Below, piece by piece: positions 28,529 to 37,649 of a DNA stretch of 64,000 nt. Position 1 is the first letter of the stretch; each line of letters begins with the position of its first letter. Position numbers and translations under genes: made by a program. This DNA is from an uncultured bacterium. Its GTDB lineage: Bacteria; Acidobacteriota; HRBIN11; JAKEFK01. The stretch lies in NCBI GenBank assembly GCA_963837395.1, contig CAWINI010000003.1:771805-835804 (forward strand), written 5' to 3'. Under the pieces are notes generated by a model. It saw only the letters and a program-made list of their open reading frames with translations. It was not told where the DNA came from and did no database searches.

Positions 28529-29659
28529 TTAACGTTCTCTACGAATCGCTGCCAGCCAGCTTTCCAGAGTGGTAATTTTACGTCTGCGATCTTCAGAAAG
28601 ACGGTCCTGCAAACGCGATGAATTGCTGCCTGAGAGGTCCATGGTTTTGGGTTTAGCGGCAGCAGCACGAAGTTTTTGTTCTTGCGCCGCAGCGGCAGCA
28701 AGAAGAGCATCTGCCGGATTTAATTCTTTTAGCCGCTGAATAATCTGTTTATTATCAGGTTCATTCAGAAGAATCTTTTGGTACACCTTTGTGGCTTTAT
28801 CAATGAGACCTTGTTGAACATATAATTCTGCCAGCGTTTGTGTTGTTAACTCATCCGCTTCACCTTCGATCGGCTGCGTAATATCAACTTTGCCAGCCTG
28901 AGCTGGTTCCAATTCTGGAAAATCAAAACCATCATCGATCTCAGGTACATTTTGGTCTGATGATTGAGGTTCGATGTTGGCAAATGATTCTGCAGACGTA
29001 GCAGGCATGGTTGAATCAAAAAATTCTGGTGGAGTTTGTGTCTTAACTCCAGGTGATGTTTTTTCAAGAAAATCCGGGAGTTCATCAGTAAATGGCGGAA
29101 GATCTGAGTGAACATTTAAATGCGGAAATTCTTCTGTCTTCATTTCCGATAATTTTTTCGGTACTAACATTTCTACGGTTGTTGCGGGAAATGATTGTTC
29201 TTCGGCCGGATGAATTTCAGTTGTTACTGCAGGCATTGGTGCAGAAGGAGTTCGTGATATACGAGATTCCAATTTCTGAATATTGTTGATGACTTCGCTA
29301 TCTGCAGGCGTAAGCATTTGCACCAGCTTATATCGTTTTAATGCATCTTCATCCAATTCTAATTCCATATAGATATCGCCCAACAATTTGTTTGCCAGCA
29401 AATTATCAGGAACCGCCTGGATTACTTTTTCCAGTTCCACACGGGCTTCATCTCTGTGCCCCATTTCTTTATGAATGCGGCCTAATGCGACTCTTGCTGA
29501 CCAATAATTTGGATGCCGGCGCAACCCCTCCTGGCAGATAAAAAGTGCATCATCATAAAAGCTCTCTTTTCGATATTCTTCGGACAATTGGAGGAAAATC
29601 AGCGAATTCGGCTCCTTCTCCAGCTTCTTTAAAAGTTTATCGATTGCAGGGGTGGTCAT
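28529..29659 (-). CDS. Cytoplasmic TPR protein with an acidic low-complexity linker and C-terminal TLAELY-QG TPR
   Basis: N-terminal TPRs (PNYWSARVALG, PDNLLANKLLG); TTQTLAELYVQQG motif; no signal peptide. Confidence 0.8.
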   Translation of the reverse strand: MTTPAIDKLLKKLEKEPNSLIFLQLSEEYRKESFYDDALFICQEGLRRHPNYWSARVALGRIHKEMGHRDEARVELEKVIQAVPDNLLANKLLGDIYMELELDEDALKRYKLVQMLTPADSEVINNIQKLESRISRTPSAPMPAVTTEIHPAEEQSFPATTVEMLVPKKLSEMKTEEFPHLNVHSDLPPFTDELPDFLEKTSPGVKTQTPPEFFDSTMPATSAESFANIEPQSSDQNVPEIDDGFDFPELEPAQAGKVDITQPIEGEADELTTQTLAELYVQQGLIDKATKVYQKILLNEPDNKQIIQRLKELNPADALLAAAAAQEQKLRAAAAKPKTMDLSGSNSSRLQDRLSEDRRRKITTLESWLAAIRRER

Positions 29660-29768
29660 TAGGGCATAAACCTCGATTTTTCAAGTCTTTAAAAGGCAGC
29701 ATTCATCGGCGGAATTATACTTGGATCCCCCCTTTTTTGCAAATTTTCGGACGAGAAAATAGATTGAA

Positions 29769-29798
29769 AAGTTAGGACTGAATTGAAGGAATTGTCAA
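29769..29798 (-). promoter_or_regulatory. Sigma70-like promoter for the TPR-roadblock-accBC-thiE operon
   Basis: TTGACA-N18-TAACTT. Confidence 0.5.
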
Positions 29799-29800
29799 AC

Positions 29801-31012
29801 TCAAGGCGCGCATTCAATGACAAGATCTTCAGTACAGCTCGAATCTTGTCCATCATTGTCAGTTACAGTCAACACCACCGTGAAATTAAGTTCCACATCA
29901 TTTGGGCCGCAGAGCGGATATGAATGCGAAATCCTTGGATCTGTTTGACTTTCAATTGGTGATCCATCACCGAAGTTCCACTCATATCTAACGATCTCAC
30001 CATTCGGATCAGTCGATTCTGACGCATCAAAGGTTATCAAAACACCTTCTGTTGGATTTGGCGGTGAGAACAAGAACTGGCAGTCTGGTTCACCGCGGGT
30101 CACAGTAATTTCAACTGGGTCGCATACTGTCGTGAATCCATCTGCATCAACAATTGTGTGAACAACAGTGTAAGTTCCAACAGCAGAGTAAGAATGTGTA
30201 ACGTTGAAGCCAACAGCAGTTTCACCATCACCGAAATCCCACAACGATTGTTCAATCGCTGGACCTTCATTCGAAACGGAAGTATCAACAAAGAATACGT
30301 CTTGATCAACAACTGGTTCTGTTGGTGAGAATGTGAATGAACATTCTGAACCTTGTCCCGGGCTTATGCGGATCAGGAATGTGCTGGTTGCACCATTTCC
30401 TGTAGTAGCAGTTACGTTTGTTTCAACATTTGTGGTGAGATGATCAAGCGCTATTCCGGCATCATTAGTTCTAACTGTCCGTCCGCCTGATGCAAGAGTA
30501 CCTGCATCGGTCTGAAAAAATACTGAAATGCCGGCCAAAGGATTTCCATCAGCACCATCGCTAACATGCGCACGAAGTTCGACAGTTCCGCCGCCAACAG
30601 GAAGGGTCGAAGGATCTACGACTAAAATGACTTGTTGTGGCCGTGCTTCACCAACTGTCACATCAACAGTTACATCAGCTGCTGCGCCGGACTTCGCTGT
30701 AATTGTTGCTGTGCCGGATCGAACACCTGCGCGGAATGTTGCAGATGCTATACCATTATTTGTTTTTACTGGATTTGGAGAAATGCTTCCTAAATTGGTA
30801 GTGAATTGAATTACGGTTTCATCAGGTAACGGAGCACCGTTCGCACGCGTACCAACAACTGTGATATTTGCGTTTCCATTATTTGCAACGGCTGGTGGTT
30901 GAACAGAAATTGATAATGTCGCACCGGTAGGAGCGGTGAAATCAACCTGATCGCAATTTACAATTGCAAAAATAATCAGACCTAACAGTAACAACCGCCG
31001 CGCAATCTTCAT
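29801..31012 (-). CDS. Putative lipoprotein with two Ig-like (Big/invasin-like) and two PKD domains
   Basis: Signal peptide ending AIVNC; two T(D/N)xxG-A Ig-like motifs; WDFGDG and WNFGDG PKD motifs. Confidence 0.82.
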   Translation of the reverse strand: MKIARRLLLLGLIIFAIVNCDQVDFTAPTGATLSISVQPPAVANNGNANITVVGTRANGAPLPDETVIQFTTNLGSISPNPVKTNNGIASATFRAGVRSGTATITAKSGAAADVTVDVTVGEARPQQVILVVDPSTLPVGGGTVELRAHVSDGADGNPLAGISVFFQTDAGTLASGGRTVRTNDAGIALDHLTTNVETNVTATTGNGATSTFLIRISPGQGSECSFTFSPTEPVVDQDVFFVDTSVSNEGPAIEQSLWDFGDGETAVGFNVTHSYSAVGTYTVVHTIVDADGFTTVCDPVEITVTRGEPDCQFLFSPPNPTEGVLITFDASESTDPNGEIVRYEWNFGDGSPIESQTDPRISHSYPLCGPNDVELNFTVVLTVTDNDGQDSSCTEDLVIECAP

Positions 31013-31053
31013 AACTAACTTTTACTCTCTTTTGGCCCCGTGAAATAAAAAGA

Positions 31054-31074
31054 GGCCAGGTTTATCACCTGGCC
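31054..31074 (-). terminator. Possible terminator or attenuator between the two PKD genes
   Basis: GGCCAGGT-N5-ACCTGGCC stem followed by UCUUUUUAUU on the minus strand. Confidence 0.6.
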
Positions 31075-31119
31075 CCAAAGAATTCTACCCTTTTGTCTAC
31101 TTCAGATCAATAGGCAAAC

Positions 31120-32598
31120 CTATGAACTTTCATTGTCATCCGTTGGTCCGGTACACTGCGGATCTGCTAGATCAATGAACCCATCGCTGTCATCATCGAT
31201 TCCGTTTGAACATTGAGTCACAGCATTACATCCTGTAGCCGGACAAACAGTGACTTGCTGTGTGCACGTTGATGTAAGTCCATCATTGTCCCTTACAACC
31301 AGTGTCACGGTGAAGGTGCCTTGAGTTGCGTATGTTCCACCGCCTGATTTTGTGATAATTGGTAATCCGGTCGGTGTCGGACAAGTACCGCCCGGGCAAC
31401 TCAACGTATCAAACGTACCATCGCCCCAATCAACTGTGTACTGATCAATGGTGCCGTCAGAATCCGTAGATGCGGAGGCATTTGCTGAAACCACACTCGA
31501 ACCCGCAACAATGTTTGTCGGGCTCACGGTGAATGAGCAGGTTGGCGAACCTTGTTGTTCCACACTAACCGTTACAGAGGTTTGGCAAGTTGAGACGTTG
31601 CCCTGGTCATCCGTTATGGTTAGCACAACAGTGAAGGCACCAGCTCGGGTATATTTGTGAGTGATGGTGTTACGAGAACTACTTGTAGTCTTACCGTCAC
31701 CGAAATTCCACACGAAGCGTCTTACTCGACCATCCGGATCTGTGGTAATCGCTGTGAAGTTGACTGTATCGCCAATCAGAACCTGACTCGGCGAAGTAAC
31801 AATGCTGCAGGTTGCTGGCGTACCAGGACCAACAGTTACAACCGTAGTGGCAGTTCCGCAATCATGATCCAATGTTCGCGCTAACAATGTGACCTGGAAC
31901 GATGCGGCACTATTAAATGCTGTACAAGCTGTCGCACCAGTAGCATCGGCTTTTCCGTCACCATTGAAGTCCCAGGTAAAATCAACTGCCGTTGGGAACG
32001 CTGTTATTCCATTGAAACAGACAGTTTGATTGACCACTGGACTGGCCGGACTCACCGTAATATCGCCTGCCGGAACCAAATTACCGCTACTACAATCACC
32101 CGGACTTGGACCAGAACCTTGTAATTCGATTTCATGGTGATCGGTAACTTCCCGCGGATAGGAAGCATTCGTCAGAATTGCTTCGATAACGACACTGGTT
32201 GCGCCGGCAATTTCGCTAGTATCCGGAGCGGTATATGTGACACGAACAAAACCAGCGGCATCTGTTCTATCGTTGAAGTCACTGAGTCGCCCAATGGCAA
32301 CTTCATTTCCTGTTAGATTTAAGATACGGAGTTTGAGATTTTCACCAGGCACACCTTGACCCTGCTGGTTCTTCAACTGGATGGAAATATCAGATTGCTC
32401 GCGCGGGCGTCCGGGTTCATGAATAACTAAATGGTCCGGGTTTGCGTGGATAGTTAAGAATAAATGATGGCCGCTGTCCCCTATTAATGGAGGAACCTCA
32501 ACTTCATTACTGCGGCAACTGCTCACAACCATTGCAACGGTGAGCAGAATCAGCAAAACCATCAGGTTATGTAACCGTGAGCTGAATTTCGCTCTCAT
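31120..32598 (-). CDS. Putative lipoprotein with an Ig-like domain, three PKD domains and a C-terminal Cys/Asp-rich motif; start reassigned to ATG 32598
   Basis: Lipobox VSSC; WDFNGDG, WNFGDG and VDWGDG; C-terminal CSNGIDDDSDGFIDLADPQC; GGAGG RBS. Confidence 0.82.
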   Translation of the reverse strand: MRAKFSSRLHNLMVLLILLTVAMVVSSCRSNEVEVPPLIGDSGHHLFLTIHANPDHLVIHEPGRPREQSDISIQLKNQQGQGVPGENLKLRILNLTGNEVAIGRLSDFNDRTDAAGFVRVTYTAPDTSEIAGATSVVIEAILTNASYPREVTDHHEIELQGSGPSPGDCSSGNLVPAGDITVSPASPVVNQTVCFNGITAFPTAVDFTWDFNGDGKADATGATACTAFNSAASFQVTLLARTLDHDCGTATTVVTVGPGTPATCSIVTSPSQVLIGDTVNFTAITTDPDGRVRRFVWNFGDGKTTSSSRNTITHKYTRAGAFTVVLTITDDQGNVSTCQTSVTVSVEQQGSPTCSFTVSPTNIVAGSSVVSANASASTDSDGTIDQYTVDWGDGTFDTLSCPGGTCPTPTGLPIITKSGGGTYATQGTFTVTLVVRDNDGLTSTCTQQVTVCPATGCNAVTQCSNGIDDDSDGFIDLADPQCTGPTDDNESS

Positions 32599-32624
32599 AA
32601 GTACCTCCGACAACTTCCTGACCA

Positions 32625-33260
32625 TTAGTTGCACCCCGTATCAGCAAAGTCCGCAAAATGAACCTCTAAAAATCCGAATGCGGAAACGGTGCGCCCAGAA
32701 ATGTCTTGACCAAAAAACTTAATCTGCGCGTTGGCTGTAATCACGCCTTCTTGAGGACCAAGTTGAACTAAATCCGATAATGGAGCTTCTGTTTTTGCTT
32801 CATGTCGAACAATGGTCACAATACCGGTAGAGGTTCCACCTAACGGAACTCGAACAGTCATTGTGCCATCAATACCATATGGAACATCCACACCTGGTGT
32901 ATTCCGATTATTCGGACGGAAATAGTCAACACGATATTGCTGAACAATAATATCGTTTAGGAAACTACCGCTTCCTACATTTGCTCCCGGGCCGATTTGA
33001 AGGAATTCGTTTGAGAAATCAGCTTGTGCATTGTCATTGAGAATTCCACAACCGCAATTATTCGCTGGCGATCTTTCACATAAATCGGAAAATAGTGGTA
33101 TGCCACTTACCCCACTTGTGTCAATTCCGATTACGTTCGAGACAACCAAAAGTGATCCAGCCCGTGTATTGTCTTCCACTCGTGTGCAAGCGTAGCTAAC
33201 AAGAACTACGGCCAGGAGGATCAACAACGCTGGTTTAAAGCTGAAATTTTTCATGCTCAT
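32625..33260 (-). CDS. Uncharacterised lipoprotein directly downstream of pilQ; start reassigned to ATG 33260
   Basis: GGAGGAGGG RBS; lipobox SYAC; beta-rich mature part, no recognised domain. Confidence 0.8.
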   Translation of the reverse strand: MSMKNFSFKPALLILLAVVLVSYACTRVEDNTRAGSLLVVSNVIGIDTSGVSGIPLFSDLCERSPANNCGCGILNDNAQADFSNEFLQIGPGANVGSGSFLNDIIVQQYRVDYFRPNNRNTPGVDVPYGIDGTMTVRVPLGGTSTGIVTIVRHEAKTEAPLSDLVQLGPQEGVITANAQIKFFGQDISGRTVSAFGFLEVHFADFADTGCN

Positions 33261-33278
33261 ATTTCCCTCCTCCTTCAC

Positions 33279-35885
33279 CTAACGCAAGATCCGCGGAGTT
33301 ATAAAAATCAGAAGCTCGGTATTGCTTCTTGTAATGTTTGTGTTCTTAAACAGCCAACCGAGAAGCGGAATGCGATGAAGGATCGGTGTTCGGCCTTGTG
33401 AATACTGATCCGTTCCCTGGAAGATGCCGCCGATTACGGTTGTACCGCCATCTTCCACCAGAAGCGTGGTTGTTGCTCGTTCAATAAAAATTGGTGGTGT
33501 TCCGCCCGCTGCACCGACTTGAACTGCAAAGTTGGGCCGGTTATTTTCCAACTCGATTTCCATAATGATGGTGCCTTCAGATGTAATTTGTGGTGTCACC
33601 GACATTCGAAGGGCGGCATTGATGAAGGTTGTTGTAATTGTATTGTTTGCAATTGTCTGGTACGGAATTTGTTGGCCCTGCAGGATTTCTGCTTTCGTAT
33701 TGTTTTGTGTTGCTACTTTTGGTGAAGAAAGTATTCGTGCATTACCACTGTTTTCCAGGGCCATCAATGCGACATCCAATCTGAATGTATCCAGGATATT
33801 TCCCAAGGACAATCCGATTGCGGAGTTTGGAGCTTGATCCGTTGGAAGATTTACGGCATATCCACCTAATGGGTTGTTTGTGAGACCGCCCGTAGGTGTT
33901 AATGGCGCGCCATCTAACAACACATTATTCGGGAATTGTAGTGTTGTATTGTTTCCAAAAGTCGGATCAACGATTCCGCGGAAGCCCCATTGAATACCGA
34001 ATGCTTGCGAGAAATTTTTGTTTGTTTCTACAATTCGCGCTTCGATCAAAACTTGAGGCGTCCTGGTATCTAACGTGTCAATCAAATTGATGATCGCATC
34101 AATATTTGTATTGATGTCAGTGATGATCAATGTGTTGGTGCGATTGTCTATAATGCTCGTTCCTTTAGGCGTTAATAGACGCTTCACTACACGATCAACT
34201 TCCTGGGCTTTGGCGTAACTTAAAGACTTAATCTTGGTTACCAGAGGCGCGCTCAACATCATCTGTCTTTCTTGTTCTGCTCGTTTCCGTTCTTCATCCG
34301 CAATCTTTGCGACTGGAGCGATGCGGATGACGTTTCCTTCGATCGTGTAACCAAGACCCTGATTCTTTGTAATCAAATCCAGAGCTTGATCCCAGGGTAC
34401 TTCTGTCAGTTTCAACGTTACTGAACCCTTAACCGCAGGATCCAGAATTACGTTTAATCCTGAAATGTCAGCGATAAATCGGAAAAGATCTTTGATGTCG
34501 ATATCTTTGAAGTCAAATGAGAATGGTTCACCAGTATATTGTTTTTCACCGCCTCGAACGGTCTTTTCGCCGAATGATCCCATCCCATAACCACCGGCAC
34601 CTTCTGATGAAGTGGTGGTGGAACCAGTACCGGCGGTTGAGCCAGAACCGGTTTCCTGGGCGAACAAGGAAGTATCAGGCTTAAATGTAAAAAACTGTTC
34701 GTTGTTTTGCGGAACTGCTTCAATATCTTTTGGTTCATTCTTAGCGAATTGTTCCGATTCTTTCGCCGCAGCTTTCATCGATTCAGTTGGTGCAGGCGTT
34801 GATGGCGGCAATTCTACTGGAGTAGAATCTGCAGTCACCGGTTCGGCTGGAGCAGGTTCACCGATTTGTTCCGGTTCTGTTGTAGGAGCAGATGTTACCT
34901 CAGGTTCTGATGGAACATCGTTCGTTGTATCGGTCTGATTTTCTGTTACTTTGCTTTCACCAATCTGAATTAAGAGCTCACTTCCTTTTGGTGTAACACT
35001 ATAAGGAAGTTTCGAATTCAAATCGATAACAGCACGAGCAACTTTCGGTGATGTTTGATATTGTGCAACACGAACACGAGACAACATGTCATTGCTTGCT
35101 TGCACAACATTTTTTACTCCTGCCGCAACGCTGACAGACTTCAAATCAATTACGATGCGGTTCGGGTTGGATAGTTCAAAAATGTCATAGGTAAATGAAC
35201 CATCGCCAACCAGCACAACATCAACATGGTTCTGTTCCTCTTCAATTCGTACATCCCGTACTTCTGTTGCTGGAGCAACTTTTTTCAATTCGGCAACCGG
35301 AGCTTGAGCAGACTCAGTATCCGAAGGTGTAGCAGCAGGAGTTTGCTCAGCTGCACTTTCATGCGTTTCTGGCTGAACAGCTTCTTGTTTTTCTGCGACT
35401 TGGGGTGCAGGCGCAGCCGGAGCTGCAGTTTGTTCTGCTGCCGGTTTTGAAACCTGCTCAGGAACAGGAGCAAGCAAACCATCACCATCGCCCTTGCTCA
35501 TGATCTCAATGTACAGGTTGCTACCTTCCGTTTTTACCTCATAAGGTAAAATCGAAGACAGTTTCAAAATGATTTTCGCATTCTGGCCTGTCGTTTGAGG
35601 GAACGTTTGAAGTGAAACGACTTCATTCGTATTGATAAACAGCTCTTGTGGCATATTTCGTAAATCTAAATTTGCCAGTTCAACCTGAACCTCTGACGTG
35701 GACTGCGCAGAGGTCACGTTATAAACAAGAGGTTTCGTCGTTTCGAGAACTATTTTCGTACGGTTTTTCTGCTCCTCCCATGACAAGTTTTTAATGCCTA
35801 CAAGATCCTCGGCCATCATGAAACCGGGCGCGAGAAAAATGAGAATTAGCAGAAAGGACAACAAACAAGGATGAAGTTTGCTCAT
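33279..35885 (-). CDS. pilQ: Type IV pilus secretin with two AMIN domains
   Basis: YTGEPFSFDFKDIDI, VPWDQALD, PQVLIEARIVE, LSSPKV and GRTPILHRIPLLGWLFK...ELLIFITPRI motifs. Confidence 0.95.
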   Translation of the reverse strand: MSKLHPCLLSFLLILIFLAPGFMMAEDLVGIKNLSWEEQKNRTKIVLETTKPLVYNVTSAQSTSEVQVELANLDLRNMPQELFINTNEVVSLQTFPQTTGQNAKIILKLSSILPYEVKTEGSNLYIEIMSKGDGDGLLAPVPEQVSKPAAEQTAAPAAPAPQVAEKQEAVQPETHESAAEQTPAATPSDTESAQAPVAELKKVAPATEVRDVRIEEEQNHVDVVLVGDGSFTYDIFELSNPNRIVIDLKSVSVAAGVKNVVQASNDMLSRVRVAQYQTSPKVARAVIDLNSKLPYSVTPKGSELLIQIGESKVTENQTDTTNDVPSEPEVTSAPTTEPEQIGEPAPAEPVTADSTPVELPPSTPAPTESMKAAAKESEQFAKNEPKDIEAVPQNNEQFFTFKPDTSLFAQETGSGSTAGTGSTTTSSEGAGGYGMGSFGEKTVRGGEKQYTGEPFSFDFKDIDIKDLFRFIADISGLNVILDPAVKGSVTLKLTEVPWDQALDLITKNQGLGYTIEGNVIRIAPVAKIADEERKRAEQERQMMLSAPLVTKIKSLSYAKAQEVDRVVKRLLTPKGTSIIDNRTNTLIITDINTNIDAIINLIDTLDTRTPQVLIEARIVETNKNFSQAFGIQWGFRGIVDPTFGNNTTLQFPNNVLLDGAPLTPTGGLTNNPLGGYAVNLPTDQAPNSAIGLSLGNILDTFRLDVALMALENSGNARILSSPKVATQNNTKAEILQGQQIPYQTIANNTITTTFINAALRMSVTPQITSEGTIIMEIELENNRPNFAVQVGAAGGTPPIFIERATTTLLVEDGGTTVIGGIFQGTDQYSQGRTPILHRIPLLGWLFKNTNITRSNTELLIFITPRILR

Positions 35886-36400
35886 TATGTCCCCTCCTGG
35901 ACGGGATGTAACCTCTTAACAACTTCCTTTGATTTCAGGCCGGGCGCAGCAAGAGTATCTTCCGTAAGATCTTGTCGGAAGATAACACGATCAGCTTCAA
36001 TTGCGATCACCTCGCCGTCATACAGCTTGAAACCCGGCTTTGCGAATCTAGCCTTCTTGTCAGATCCCATGATGATTGCAACGTAACCTTCTTTATTTCG
36101 AGTAATTCCAACAACTTTTGCATCTGCTACTGTAAGCTGCCCGCTGGGAACGTTAGACGTTTTTTTAATACCTGTTAACAAACTAATAAATGGATCGCGA
36201 CGGCTACCTGGATCATACAGATAATTGATGTCATATGTTTCAGGCGAATCCGGTTTTTTCTCAACATTCGAACCCGGTTCAGGTAGTGTAGGTGCAACAT
36301 CAGCTTGAGGTGTTTCTTCTGATTGAGCCAGAGCCATTGCTGCGAATCCAAATAACGACAGAATGAATACGAGGAGAATCGAAAGACTAACTTGTTTCAT
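35885..36400 (-). CDS. pilP: PilP-like pilus alignment protein (no lipobox Cys)
   Basis: YDPGSRRDPF motif; position between pilO and pilQ. Confidence 0.72.
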   Translation of the reverse strand: MKQVSLSILLVFILSLFGFAAMALAQSEETPQADVAPTLPEPGSNVEKKPDSPETYDINYLYDPGSRRDPFISLLTGIKKTSNVPSGQLTVADAKVVGITRNKEGYVAIIMGSDKKARFAKPGFKLYDGEVIAIEADRVIFRQDLTEDTLAAPGLKSKEVVKRLHPVQEGT

Positions 36401-37014
36401 GATGTTTTACCTCCCTTTTTCTTCGACGGCTTTGGCGGTTCGCCTTCTTTATATATGAAAGTCGTCGCAATACAAGTGGCCTGGATAGTGTTACTTTGGG
36501 AAGTATTTTTTGACGCTGCCAGACTTTTTACGCTGAAATCATTCACATTGATAATCCGATACAATTTTCCGATTCTTTCGAAAAATTTAGCAAGAATGTG
36601 ATAGTTCCCATTCAACGTCATAGAGATTGGCCACTCATCGTAATATTCTTTCGGAACGTGATTCCCTGGCTTAAAGAGAACAATCGCCAAGCCAAGCTCA
36701 GTACCCTCTTGTTGAATTCTACTGTAAAGATCAGCAATTTCTTCAGTAGAGGGTAGAATCTTTTTTAAGGATTCCAACTGAGTTTCAAGACGCTTTAATT
36801 CTGCTTCAAATTCGATAAAACGTGCTTTTAATGTTTCACCTTTGTTGATCTCCGCAATCAATTCTTCTTTTTCAATACTTAACCGCGTCATTTCTTCGTT
36901 CATCGGATTGATCAACATTCTCTGCCCAACATAAAACAGACCACCACCGATTAGCAAAAACAATGCGGCCTGTCCGTACCAGGGCCAACTTTTAACACTA
37001 TCACCAATTGCCAT
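36397..37014 (-). CDS. pilO: Type IV pilus alignment protein PilO
   Basis: TM segment plus coiled coil; LKKILPSTEEIADL; GNYHILAKFFERIGKLYRIINV. Confidence 0.9.
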   Translation of the reverse strand: MAIGDSVKSWPWYGQAALFLLIGGGLFYVGQRMLINPMNEEMTRLSIEKEELIAEINKGETLKARFIEFEAELKRLETQLESLKKILPSTEEIADLYSRIQQEGTELGLAIVLFKPGNHVPKEYYDEWPISMTLNGNYHILAKFFERIGKLYRIINVNDFSVKSLAASKNTSQSNTIQATCIATTFIYKEGEPPKPSKKKGGKTS

Positions 37015-37649
37015 CTATGTACTCTTCCGTGGTTTCTTACTTGATGTTTCTTTGACTTCTGGTGTCTTAGGCTTAAATGGATTTGTAATTGCTGCGGAAA
37101 TTTTAAAGGCAGTACTTTGACCGCCTGCAGCTCCGCCAGTTATTTTTTGTTTCGTTTCAATCATTCTTGGTGTGCCAATAAACTGCGAAGCATCCAGCGA
37201 TTTCATAAAAGTTGGAATCGCCTGTTCCTGGAGCGTTTCTCCATCGATCGCCAGGACAGAGCCTTTTAGATTTATGTTGGTCAACCACAAATACTCTGGA
37301 AGCGCTCTGCTAACTTCATCCATAATGTGAACAGGAATTGTGCGCTGACTACGAAGTTCTTCAATCGCATAATTTTTCTTAGCAAGTTCATTTCTGCGGC
37401 GTTCTAATTCATCAACTCGCTTTATGTAAGGTTCCAGTTCTTTCTTGCGTTCTCGTTTTTGTGCAACATCCTTTTGAAGTGCGGATAGTTGCGATCGTTT
37501 AACAAAGAAATGGATCAAGAATGCTCCTAAAGTCAGACCAAGAATAAGTGCTGCGATGAGGGTCGTGGGCCGGCCGCTGCACCAACAGCTAGTCCGGGTT
37601 TTGGAGCACGTCGCTCCTTTTCGACTTCAAGAAGATTAATCTTGATCAT
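37015..37649 (-). CDS. pilN: PilN; one-base frameshift near 37568, probably an artefact
   Basis: ATG 37649 overlaps the pilM stop and reads MIKINLL (PilM-binding motif); the TM segment and LPEYLWLT domain are in the shifted frame; an extra G in GGG 37567-37569 restores the frame. Confidence 0.88.
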
